The translations under genes were made by a program, and so were the position numbers. Below, in pieces: positions 36,709 through 46,078 of a DNA stretch of 64,000 bases. The notes below the pieces were generated by a model. It was not told the DNA's origin and made no database searches. It saw nothing but the letters and a program-made list of their open reading frames with translations. The stretch is taken from the sequence record SRR20825019_3098; one strand, written 5' to 3'. Every line of letters begins with the position of its first letter. The stretch's first letter is position 1.

Positions 36709-37470
36709 CTACAAGTCTCTTAAAAAAGGTAACATTTCACGAATCTTTTTGAGATTTTCCGTTTTTATAACAAACGATCGAATGCTTTCATTGGTTGGGA
36801 GAGACTCAAAATTTCCTGCAGGATCAATGATCATTGATGCTCCCGAATACTCAAATCCAAGTCCGTCTGTTCCGAATCTGTTCACCCCCGCCACAAAAGA
36901 TTGATTTTCGATGGCGCGTGCTTTGAGTAATGCGTTCCAATGTTCAACGCGTTTTTCTGGCCAGTTTGCCACATAAAGAAGCAGGTCATATTTAGGTGTT
37001 CCGTCAACTAGTTCGTTCCGTGAAATTTCTGGAAATCTCAGGTCGTAACAAATTTGAAGTTGAATTTTCCAACCAAGATAATCGAGTACTGTAGAATTTT
37101 CCCCTGCTTGAAAATGAAGATGTTCTTCCGCCATAGAAAAACACTTGCGTTTATCATAAGTGGTAATCGTTCCGTTTGGCTCTACAAAAACACCACGATT
37201 GAAGAATGAACCATTTTCTGAAATCATTAATGAAGTATAAACAGCTCCGTTTTTCTGAAGAGCGATTTTTTTTAACCATTGGATACTGTCGCCAGCCATA
37301 GTTTCAACAAGCGAGGTATTCATGGTAAAACTCGTATTGAACATCTCGGGAAGCAAAATAAGATCGGTGTTTTCGACGTCGGAGAGAAGGGTGGAATAAT
37401 TAGCGAAATTGGCTTCTTTATCTTCCCATTTTTGATCGGCTTGAACGAGTGTGATAGTTAGATCGCGCAT
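36709..37470 (-). CDS. yafV: Nitrilase-family omega-amidase (YafV-like)
   Basis: LPEMF, YDKR, ICYDLRFP, ANWP, ARAIENQ. Confidence 0.85.
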   Translation of the reverse strand: MRDLTITLVQADQKWEDKEANFANYSTLLSDVENTDLILLPEMFNTSFTMNTSLVETMAGDSIQWLKKIALQKNGAVYTSLMISENGSFFNRGVFVEPNGTITTYDKRKCFSMAEEHLHFQAGENSTVLDYLGWKIQLQICYDLRFPEISRNELVDGTPKYDLLLYVANWPEKRVEHWNALLKARAIENQSFVAGVNRFGTDGLGFEYSGASMIIDPAGNFESLPTNESIRSFVIKTENLKKIREMLPFLRDL

Positions 37471-38594
37471 AATTTTTTTGTTGCATTTAACAATGTCGCT
37501 TCATCTTTTGCAAAACAAAAGCGAACAACATGTTGATCAAATTGATTTTCATTGAATACAGAAACTGGAATTGCTGCAACGCCACAATCAGTGGTTAACC
37601 ATCGGCAAAAATCAACATCTGAGAGTCCAGAAATTTCAGTGTACTTTGCGAGTTGGAAATAAGTTCCTTCGCAAGGAAGTAACTCGAATCGACTTTGTTT
37701 CATGTTTTCGCGGAAAAAGTCCCTTTTAGAAGCATAAAAGGCACCAAGCGAGGAAACGTCTATTTTGTCCAAATACTTTGTGAGTGTGGCTTGGGCTAAA
37801 CTGTTCACCGAAAAAACATTGAACTGATGAATTTTTTTAATTTCTGTCATCAATTGTTCCGGAGCTATCAGGTAGCCCATTTTCCATCCTGTTATATGAA
37901 ATGTTTTTCCGAAAGATGAAACAATAATGGAACGATCTTGAAGCGAAGGAAGTTGATTAACTGAGATGTGTTTTTGCTCAAACGTGATGAATTCATACAC
38001 TTCATCGGAGAGAATGATTAGGTTTTTCCATCGACTTGCCAATTGTTCAAGTTCGGCGAAATCCTCTCTAGACCAAACCCTTCCTGAAGGATTGTGAGGG
38101 TTATTAATAACAATCATCCGCGTTTTTGCATTGACTGCAGCATGAATTTTTTCCCAATCTGGAAGAAAGGCTGAAGACAATGGAACGTGAATCGCTTTTC
38201 CGCCTGCAATCGTGATCGCTGGATCATAACAATCGTAGCTTGGATCGAGAATCACAACTTCGTCATTGGGATGAATCAGTGCCTGAATGGCTGTAAAAAT
38301 GGCTTGCGTTGCTCCCGCAGTGACGAGTAACTCATTGTGCGCAATAACAGATCTATCGTAGCTCTTTTGAATTAGTTGAGCTATTTTTTCCAGCAAAAAA
38401 GGTGAGCCGGGCATTGGCATGTATTGGTGAACATTTTCACGAGCCGTTTCCTCGAGCAGATTAAGCAAAATTGGATCTACAGGGAAATTTGGAAAACCTT
38501 GAGAGAGATTAATGGCTCCAGTTTCGGCAGCTAATTTCGACATTACGGTAAAAATAGTCGTCCCAACATTGGGGAGTTTTGATTGAATTTCCAT
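37458..38594 (-). CDS. ybdL: PLP-dependent methionine aminotransferase (YbdL-like)
   Basis: SKLPNVGTTIFTVMS, INLSQGFP, SDEVYE, SFGKTFHITGWK. Confidence 0.9.
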   Translation of the reverse strand: MEIQSKLPNVGTTIFTVMSKLAAETGAINLSQGFPNFPVDPILLNLLEETARENVHQYMPMPGSPFLLEKIAQLIQKSYDRSVIAHNELLVTAGATQAIFTAIQALIHPNDEVVILDPSYDCYDPAITIAGGKAIHVPLSSAFLPDWEKIHAAVNAKTRMIVINNPHNPSGRVWSREDFAELEQLASRWKNLIILSDEVYEFITFEQKHISVNQLPSLQDRSIIVSSFGKTFHITGWKMGYLIAPEQLMTEIKKIHQFNVFSVNSLAQATLTKYLDKIDVSSLGAFYASKRDFFRENMKQSRFELLPCEGTYFQLAKYTEISGLSDVDFCRWLTTDCGVAAIPVSVFNENQFDQHVVRFCFAKDEATLLNATKKLCAI

Positions 38595-38630
38595 AGTTAG
38601 TAAAGTTAGTTTTTTTGTACATTCGGTGCC

Positions 38631-38879
38631 ATGGTTAGAATTCTACTTTTCGCGCTTGTGCTTGCAGGCTGTTCGTCTGAACAAACTCCATTTTGTAAAT
38701 GCATTGAATCTGGGGATGCTCTCAGTCAATATTCGTCAAAGCTGTTTAAGAAAGAAGTCACGTCTGAAGACGAAGTAATAATGACTGAACTTCGAGCTCA
38801 GAAAGATAAAGATTGTAAGGCGTTTGAGAATATGACGGATGATAAAATTCAGGAGTTGAAAAAGGAGTGTGAATATTAA
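38631..38879 (+). CDS. Small Cys-containing lipoprotein
   Basis: Lipobox LAGC, CKC plus two further Cys. Confidence 0.65.
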   Translation: MVRILLFALVLAGCSSEQTPFCKCIESGDALSQYSSKLFKKEVTSEDEVIMTELRAQKDKDCKAFENMTDDKIQELKKECEY

Positions 38880-38891
38880 CTATTCCCAAGT

Positions 38892-39209
38892 ATGATAACA
38901 TTTGTTTTTATTTTTTTCGTTTTTAGATGGGTGAGTTCACTAGCGGTCCAAAGTGGAAAGAATAGTTGGCTCTACGGAATTTTTGGCATCATTGTTTATT
39001 ACATTTCTGCTTGGGTGTTCGGATTCATTCTGAAGTTACTATGGATAGCTGGAATTTTCGATTATAGTACCTTGACGGCTACTATAGTTGGAGTTCTGTT
39101 CGGAATTTTGAGCGTTTGGATCTTCAGGGGTATTCTAAAATCGATCTGGAAAAAAGAAGCCTTGCGTACACCCAGCACCGAGTTGCTGGATGATGCAAGC
39201 AATTTCTAG
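38892..39209 (+). CDS. Small membrane protein (3 TM)
   Basis: Hydrophobic helices and an ELLD tail; 12-bp gap from the upstream ORF. Confidence 0.6.
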   Translation: MITFVFIFFVFRWVSSLAVQSGKNSWLYGIFGIIVYYISAWVFGFILKLLWIAGIFDYSTLTATIVGVLFGILSVWIFRGILKSIWKKEALRTPSTELLDDASNF

Positions 39210-39230
39210 TAAAGTAGTCGTAAAAGGGAA

Positions 39231-40490
39231 CTAGTTGATTTTAGCCAACGATTGTCCAATATCTCGGATCAAGTCTTCATAATTTTCAACCCCAATAGAA
39301 AGTCGAACTAGTTTTTCTGTAATATTCATCGCTGCTTTTTCATCAGGATTTACATCTGCATGAGTCATAGTTTGAGGGTGCTCTGCCAAACTTTCTGTCC
39401 CACCTAGTGAGACAGCCAATGTTATCAATTGGAGGTTATTCAAGAATGTAAACGCTTCTGCTTCGCCGCCTTTCACGTCGAAAGCGATCATCGCTCCAAA
39501 GGATGAAAATTGTCGTTTAATTATCGCCTTTTCGTTCTCTGTTCCCGTTTTTGCAAGGTTTCCGAGATAGTAGACATTTTCTACCAAAGGATGATTATTC
39601 AAGTATTCCGCAACTTTTTCCGCGTTAAGTGCTTGTTGGTCCATTCGCACTTTGAGTGTTTCTAAACTTCTCATCAATAACCAACCTGTCCAAGGACCAG
39701 CCATGTTTCCAAGGAAAGTACGAAGCCCTTTTATTCGTCCTATTATTGCTTTGGAGCCAAGACACGCACCTGCGATAACATCCGAGTGACCACCAATGTA
39801 TTTTGTAGCTGAATACAAAACCAAATCTGCTCCATGCTTTAAAGGATGTTGCCAAATCGGTCCCATGTACGTGTTGTCCACCGAAAGAATAACGTCTTTT
39901 TCCGGAGTTGTGAAATGCTGCTTGATTCGTGCACACATCTCAATATCAATTAATGCATTTGTCGGATTCGCAGGCGTTTCAATGTGAATCATTGTTAGTC
40001 GATCTCCTTTCCCACTAGCTTTTATGCGCTCAATAATCTCTTCTTCCGTGTCTCCAGCCATAAATCCAACCGCCTCAATTTTTAGTTTTTTGAGAAAGTG
40101 ATTGATGAAATGATCTGTTCCACCGTAAACGGGTTTACTGTAGAGGAGCAAATCTCCGGGAGCCATAAATTCCATCATTGCAGTGGAAATTGCGGACATT
40201 CCACTCTCGAAAACGGCACAATCTTCTGCTTTATCCCATAAACAAAGACGATTTTCAAGAATCTCCAAATCAGGATTGTTGAGTCGACTGTAGATTAAAC
40301 CGAGCTCTTCGTCTTGTCCCTTTTCTCTTAAACCGTAGGCGACCTCGAAGAATCGCTTTCCTTCCTCTGCACTGTTAAAAACAAAAGTGGAAGTTTGAAA
40401 AATGGGGCATTTGAGTGCGCCCTCAGAGAGTGATGGTTTGTAGCCGTAACTCATCATTAAACTTTCTGGCTTAAAATCGGAATAATTCAT
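39231..40490 (-). CDS. Cys/Met-metabolism PLP enzyme (methionine gamma-lyase / cystathionine gamma-synthase family)
   Basis: PIFQTSTF, YSRLNNP, SGMSAI, ETPANPT, SATKYIGGHSD, SLGGTESL. Confidence 0.92.
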   Translation of the reverse strand: MNYSDFKPESLMMSYGYKPSLSEGALKCPIFQTSTFVFNSAEEGKRFFEVAYGLREKGQDEELGLIYSRLNNPDLEILENRLCLWDKAEDCAVFESGMSAISTAMMEFMAPGDLLLYSKPVYGGTDHFINHFLKKLKIEAVGFMAGDTEEEIIERIKASGKGDRLTMIHIETPANPTNALIDIEMCARIKQHFTTPEKDVILSVDNTYMGPIWQHPLKHGADLVLYSATKYIGGHSDVIAGACLGSKAIIGRIKGLRTFLGNMAGPWTGWLLMRSLETLKVRMDQQALNAEKVAEYLNNHPLVENVYYLGNLAKTGTENEKAIIKRQFSSFGAMIAFDVKGGEAEAFTFLNNLQLITLAVSLGGTESLAEHPQTMTHADVNPDEKAAMNITEKLVRLSIGVENYEDLIRDIGQSLAKIN

Positions 40491-40626
40491 GTGTGAAATT
40501 TTATCAAACGTATTTAATTTTCTTTAATGTGCTTTTAGAGTAGTAGATATAACTATCATTTGGTTATTTTGCAGAATGAAAATCTTTCTTTTGAAAGAAT
40601 GCATTGATGAATTAGAAAAAGTATCT

Positions 40627-41079
40627 ATGGAATTGAAAATTGATGAGATCGATCGCATGATTTTAATGCTTCTTTCGGACAACGCTAAATTGGCAAATAA
40701 GGAAATTGCGGATAAAATAGGATTGTCCGTTACGCCAACCTACGAGCGAATTCGAAGACTTGAACGAAGCGGAGTGATCAAGCGTTATCGCGCAGTGCTT
40801 GACAACAAATTATTGGGTAAGGAACTGCACGTTCATTGTCACATTACACTAAAAAATCACACGACTGAATCGATTCTTGAATTTGAAGAAAAAATTGTTG
40901 CACTTGATGAGGTTGTTGCATGCTACAATATTGCAGGAGACTACGATTACACACTTTATGTGGAAATAGAAAATATGGATGCATATCACGAGTTCGTTCG
41001 GAAAACACTCACGTCAATTCAAAACATTGGGAATATCCAAAGTGCCTTCGTAATGAAGACCATGAAAAGTGTTAATTGA
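40627..41079 (+). CDS. Lrp/AsnC transcriptional regulator
   Basis: IDEIDRMIL HTH, ERIRRLE..GVI, GDYDY; divergent from the PLP lyase gene. Confidence 0.93.
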   Translation: MELKIDEIDRMILMLLSDNAKLANKEIADKIGLSVTPTYERIRRLERSGVIKRYRAVLDNKLLGKELHVHCHITLKNHTTESILEFEEKIVALDEVVACYNIAGDYDYTLYVEIENMDAYHEFVRKTLTSIQNIGNIQSAFVMKTMKSVN

Positions 41080-42379
41080 ATACTTCGTCTAACGCATCTT
41101 TAAATGCCTCAGAAGCAACAGCTAAATACTCTTTGGTGTGTGCAGTTGAGATAAATCCAACTTCGTAACCGCTCGGTCCGATATAAACTCCTCTTTCGAG
41201 TAAAGCGCTGAATAATTCACTGAATTGACTCATGTTTGGATCAATTTGATCTGCTTTTTGAACCCGTTTTTTTCCAGCAAAGGACAACCAGAAAATGGAA
41301 CCAACGGTTACCAATTCAAAATCGTAACCTTTCGCCAACGCATGGGTATTTATGTCGTTTACAAACCATTGAGTTCGCTCCAACTGGTCCTCGTAAAAAC
41401 CAGGCTTGGCACATTCGGTCAATTGAGCAATTCCCGCGGCCATAGCAACTGGGTTTCCAGATAATGTTCCCGCTTGATAAACAGGTCCATCTGGAGAAAC
41501 GTGTACCATAATTTCAGCACGAGCGCCATAAGCACCAACTGGAAGACCACCACCAATAATTTTACCGTAGGTAATGATGTCAGGTGTAATTCCGTACAAT
41601 TCGGCAGCGCCATTAAAACCAACTCTGAATCCAGAAATCACTTCATCAAAAAAGAGCAAAACACCATAAGATGTACACAATTCTCGGAGTGAAGTTAAGA
41701 ACGATTTATCCTGTAGGAGTAATCCGTTATTTGCTGGGATTGGTTCGATAATCGCACAAGCAAGTTCATCAGCGTATTCTTCAAAACAAGTTTTGAGCGC
41801 GTCGAGATCGTTTAAGGGAAGAACAAGAGTTTCATTCGCGTACTCCTCAGGAACACCGGCGCTAGAAGACGTTCCGAAAGTTACCAATCCGCTTCCTGCT
41901 TTCACGAGCATTGAATCTACGTGACCGTGATAGCAGCCTTCAAATTTTAGGACTTTTTTCTTTCCTGTAAATCCGCGAGCCAATCGAAGAGCAGACATCA
42001 CTGCTTCTGTTCCTGAACTCACAAATCGAAGTTTATCTATAAATGGATTCCGCGAGAGAATGATTTCTGCAAGCTCGTTTTCCAGTCGAGTTGGTGCTCC
42101 GAAAGTAGTTCCGTTTTTCATCGTTTCAACTACTTTCTCGAAAACCGCAGGATGATTATGCCCTAAAATAAGCGGTCCCCAACTACAGCAAAAATCAATA
42201 AACTGATTTCCATCCTCGTCCCAAATATGGCAGCCATCTCCTTTTTTCATAAAAATGGGAGATCCTTGAACTGACCTAAATGCACGAACAGGAGAATTTA
42301 CTCCGCCAGGAAAATAGGTTTTAGCTGTTTCAAAAAGTTTTTCTGAGGTTGATCGGTCAATTTTTGTTGTTGTGCTCAT
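41072..42379 (-). CDS. hemL: Glutamate-1-semialdehyde 2,1-aminomutase
   Basis: PGGVNSPVRAF, SGTEA, YHGH, FDEVISGFR, GKIIGGG, YQAGTLSGNP. Confidence 0.97.
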   Translation of the reverse strand: MSTTTKIDRSTSEKLFETAKTYFPGGVNSPVRAFRSVQGSPIFMKKGDGCHIWDEDGNQFIDFCCSWGPLILGHNHPAVFEKVVETMKNGTTFGAPTRLENELAEIILSRNPFIDKLRFVSSGTEAVMSALRLARGFTGKKKVLKFEGCYHGHVDSMLVKAGSGLVTFGTSSSAGVPEEYANETLVLPLNDLDALKTCFEEYADELACAIIEPIPANNGLLLQDKSFLTSLRELCTSYGVLLFFDEVISGFRVGFNGAAELYGITPDIITYGKIIGGGLPVGAYGARAEIMVHVSPDGPVYQAGTLSGNPVAMAAGIAQLTECAKPGFYEDQLERTQWFVNDINTHALAKGYDFELVTVGSIFWLSFAGKKRVQKADQIDPNMSQFSELFSALLERGVYIGPSGYEVGFISTAHTKEYLAVASEAFKDALDEVFN

Positions 42380-42582
42380 ATTCTGCGTGATCCAATTGTG
42401 TGCTCAAAGTTAATAAAGTATTCGCTTACGCTTAAGACGAGAAACACATAAAAAAGCCTAAAATAGGCAGTAATTGGAACCTCGAAAGAAGGATTATTTA
42501 GTTAGATGGGCGGGAATGTTCTGAGAAGAAGGCTGTTAACAGCTCATTAACACAAAGCTATAGAAGGTCTTCATATCTTGGC

Positions 42583-44442
42583 ATGATGAAGCGGAATCTG
42601 CTTATAATTCTATTTTCGATTGTTTGTTTTTCTACAGAAGCACAGATAAAGTATGGTGAGGTTAAACTGAATGATTCAACATTTATCTACTACTTTGATT
42701 TTTTCAATGATCAACGATCGTTTGAATGGGACACCGTGCCCAAGAATTTTAACTTCGACAACTATCGATTCTACTTTAAAAATAATTCTGAAGATACGTT
42801 GTGGTGCGGTCGCGTTACCACAGGTGATGGCCGCGTAACCTATCACTACGCGGGGCACCAACAAATGATACTACCGAATGAGTATTTCATTATTAAACCG
42901 ATGCATAACGGTTCTATTCAGTATAGAAATTGGAAATTTAGTCGTTCAGTTTCTATGACGGCTTTGAATATGAATGATTCGGTGATGGTAAGTAGTCACA
43001 GGTATAACGGATTTTATTCAAAAGACACTGTTTTGGTGAATCAACCGCGGATAAAACTAGATGAACCGTTAAACCCTTATCCAGATGGGTTGGAAACGAG
43101 AATAAAACAAGAACGCTATCAACAGCGCGTTCAGGAAAATGAAGAACGGAAGGCTCAACGGAAGTTAGAGTGGAAGCAAAAGTCAGATTCCATTCAACTG
43201 GCGAAAGGAATTGCTCCAAAAAGTAACACAGAAACAAACCTTACTGGCGATTCAATTCAAAAGACACAATTCAAGACAAAACGTCCCATAAATAAAGAGT
43301 TCTACCTGCGACTTACGTATAGAGGAAGAGAATTGGATTCAACGGATCAGGTTTTTTTCGAGCAATCAAACGACTTAGTTCGTCCGGAGAAGTTGACGAA
43401 GGAAGGTTCCAAAAAGCGTTATTTAGTGCCGAATTCCGACAGCCTGGAACAAATAAGAATAGTAGTGAAGAATGTCCACGGAAAGACCCTTTTTTCCGAA
43501 AAAATCGATGCTGATTTGGGACCGTATATCACATTGAATATTGAGGTTTCAGGTTTTTCAGGCAGGTATTCTCCGTATGATCCCGAGCTAAAAGAAAAGA
43601 CGCTTCGTGAAGCGGAAGAAAAGCTAGTCAAACAGAAATTCACGATCTCAATTGTTTCCGAAAAGGTGAAGAATATCACAAATGAATGTGAATTTCAAGT
43701 GTTCCAAGACGGAAAATGGGTGGACGCTCAGATGAGTTACCTTGAATCGGGCATAGGATTTTTCAACTATTCAACGGTGGTCGACGATTATCGAAAACAG
43801 ATAAGATGGAAACTGAAAACAGCAGATTCATGGATCGAAGATTGGTTGTACTTGAAGAGGTATTCACACCAACTATTTAGCGATCCAGAGTTAGTAAATA
43901 TGTATGGATTAACAGGGCGATACAATGTAGAGATGTTGAAAAACGAATACCGATTTGAGCACTCCTATTCCAGCAGAGATGTATTTGCGAGTGGAACCTC
44001 ATTTTTAGATTCGGTAACAAGCGTATTCCGCTGGTACGGAATCCCTTATAATGGGGTGAATCATGAAAGCATTAAAATTTCTAAAAGTGAGGATTTGGCA
44101 AGGACAAGACGCGCATTAAGAAAGCATTTTGGAGACGTTGATTTGTTGCCTCTTGTGAAGGGATACAATAAAACTGATTGGCTCTGTGGTGATATCCGGA
44201 TAGAGTTTTTACCTGAAGTTACGAATGAGGAAGCAACTAAATTATTGAGGAGTTTGGGATATCGCGACTTTTATGTGGGTAGCACTAAAAGTTATGAGGG
44301 ACGAATCATTGGAGCAATTCAGATCAATACTGTTTCAGCACTTGATTTTTATGGACCATTAGAGAAATTGTACCAATCAAAAGAACTCTATTCTTTAAAA
44401 CTCAATACCTGCGGGATTGCAATAGAGGATGTTCCTGATTAA
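42583..44442 (+). CDS. Exported hypothetical protein
   Basis: 619-aa ORF with signal peptide, a degenerate DUF1573-like segment and a charged coiled coil. Confidence 0.65.
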   Translation: MMKRNLLIILFSIVCFSTEAQIKYGEVKLNDSTFIYYFDFFNDQRSFEWDTVPKNFNFDNYRFYFKNNSEDTLWCGRVTTGDGRVTYHYAGHQQMILPNEYFIIKPMHNGSIQYRNWKFSRSVSMTALNMNDSVMVSSHRYNGFYSKDTVLVNQPRIKLDEPLNPYPDGLETRIKQERYQQRVQENEERKAQRKLEWKQKSDSIQLAKGIAPKSNTETNLTGDSIQKTQFKTKRPINKEFYLRLTYRGRELDSTDQVFFEQSNDLVRPEKLTKEGSKKRYLVPNSDSLEQIRIVVKNVHGKTLFSEKIDADLGPYITLNIEVSGFSGRYSPYDPELKEKTLREAEEKLVKQKFTISIVSEKVKNITNECEFQVFQDGKWVDAQMSYLESGIGFFNYSTVVDDYRKQIRWKLKTADSWIEDWLYLKRYSHQLFSDPELVNMYGLTGRYNVEMLKNEYRFEHSYSSRDVFASGTSFLDSVTSVFRWYGIPYNGVNHESIKISKSEDLARTRRALRKHFGDVDLLPLVKGYNKTDWLCGDIRIEFLPEVTNEEATKLLRSLGYRDFYVGSTKSYEGRIIGAIQINTVSALDFYGPLEKLYQSKELYSLKLNTCGIAIEDVPD

Positions 44443-44560
44443 CGATTACGTTTGGTAAACAACTAAATCCGTTTATTCTGAGTAATCTTTCACAATCCCA
44501 TGGGAGTATAGTTCCTATTCGTTTCCTTATCTTTGAGGAAATTAAATTGAACAGTCCCGA

Positions 44561-45838
44561 ATGGAATATCAGAATACATTAGCGTTTGCCCAAATGATGG
44601 ATGAAAAAGATCCGTTAAAGTCGTTTCGAAATCAATTTTTGTTTCCCTCTTTTCATGAAGAACAAGTGGTTTATTTCACTGGGAATTCGCTCGGATTGCA
44701 ACCAAAAGCGGTCAGAGAATATATCGGTGAGGAATTAGATGCTTGGGCAAAGTACGGTGTAGAGGGACATTTTTTAGCAGATCGACCATGGTTTTCTTAT
44801 CATGAGAATTTGACTCAAAAGGCAGCAAATGTAGTTGGCGCAAAACCAGAAGAAGTGGTCATCACACATTCGTTGACAACAAACTTGCACTTATTAATGG
44901 TTTCGTTTTATGTTCCTCAGGGAAAGCGAACGAAAATTTTGTGCGAAGCAAAAGCGTTTCCAAGTGATCAGTATGCATTGGAGTCTCAAGTGAAATTTCA
45001 TGGTTTAGAGCTTTCTGAACATTTAGTAGAAGTTGCACCAAGAGAAGGAGAAGACTTAATTCGCGAGGAAGATATTTTATCTCAAATCGAAGGGTTGGGT
45101 GATGAGCTCGCGTTAATAATGATCGGTGGTGTGAATTACTATACTGGACAGTTGTTCGATATGGAAACGATTACAAAAGCGGGTCATGCAGTTGGCGCAA
45201 AAGTAGGATTTGATTTAGCACATGCAGCTGGAAATATCAACCTGAGATTACACGACTGGGGTGTGGATTTCGCTGCGTGGTGTGGATACAAGTATTTGAA
45301 CTCTTCTCCAGGCGGTGTGTCTGGAATGTTCGTGCACGAAAGACATGCGAACAACCCAAAATTGCCGCGTTTTGCGGGTTGGTGGGGACACGATAAAGAA
45401 ACACGTTTTCTCATGGAACCTGGATTTAAACCAATGCACGGAGCAGAAGGATGGCAATTGAGCAACGCGCCCGTTTTGGGAATGGCTGCACATTTGGCTT
45501 CATTGGATTTGTTCGAGGAAGCTGGGATGGATAGAATTGGTGAAAAACGGGATATCTTAACGGCTTATTTAGAATTTGTCATTGATGATATTTCAGAAAG
45601 AAATAAAGACAGAGCGTCGTTTGAATTAATCACACCAAGAGATAAAAAGAAACGAGGAGCGCAACTTTCTATTCAAGCAAAGGGACAAGGAAAAGCCTTG
45701 TTTGATGAGTTAACACGTTTGGGAGTTATCGCCGATTGGAGGGAGCCAAATGTTGTGAGAATCGCACCAGCGCCTCTTTACAATTCTTTTGAAGATTGCT
45801 ATTGGTTTGGGGTGCGGCTGGAAAAAGCAATTCAGTAA
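44561..45838 (+). CDS. kynU: Kynureninase
   Basis: YFTGNSLGLQP, FDLAHAAGN, WCGYKYLN, GWWGH, SNAP, APAPLYN. Confidence 0.96.
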   Translation: MEYQNTLAFAQMMDEKDPLKSFRNQFLFPSFHEEQVVYFTGNSLGLQPKAVREYIGEELDAWAKYGVEGHFLADRPWFSYHENLTQKAANVVGAKPEEVVITHSLTTNLHLLMVSFYVPQGKRTKILCEAKAFPSDQYALESQVKFHGLELSEHLVEVAPREGEDLIREEDILSQIEGLGDELALIMIGGVNYYTGQLFDMETITKAGHAVGAKVGFDLAHAAGNINLRLHDWGVDFAAWCGYKYLNSSPGGVSGMFVHERHANNPKLPRFAGWWGHDKETRFLMEPGFKPMHGAEGWQLSNAPVLGMAAHLASLDLFEEAGMDRIGEKRDILTAYLEFVIDDISERNKDRASFELITPRDKKKRGAQLSIQAKGQGKALFDELTRLGVIADWREPNVVRIAPAPLYNSFEDCYWFGVRLEKAIQ

Positions 45839-45847
45839 TCAAACAAG

Positions 45848-46075
45848 ATGGAAGTAACGGGAATTGGAATCGATACATTAATCCGACTGAAATATTCGGG
45901 TGCGGAAAGTGATCTGTCATTGTACATTTCACTGGCAATTCAAACGGGTGCTGTGCTCGTAGGTGGAATTGTGCTTTGGAGAATGAGCGCTCGACTTCAT
46001 TCCAAAAAGGTAGCAAGTAGATCAAGAAATACTTATTTCGAGACTCAGTATTCGAAAGGGTGGAAAAGAAAATAA
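45848..46075 (+). CDS. Small single-TM protein within the kynU-kmo operon
   Basis: Fills the gap with 9- and 3-bp spacers; one TM helix followed by a basic tail. Confidence 0.6.
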   Translation: MEVTGIGIDTLIRLKYSGAESDLSLYISLAIQTGAVLVGGIVLWRMSARLHSKKVASRSRNTYFETQYSKGWKRK

Positions 46076-46078
46076 ATT

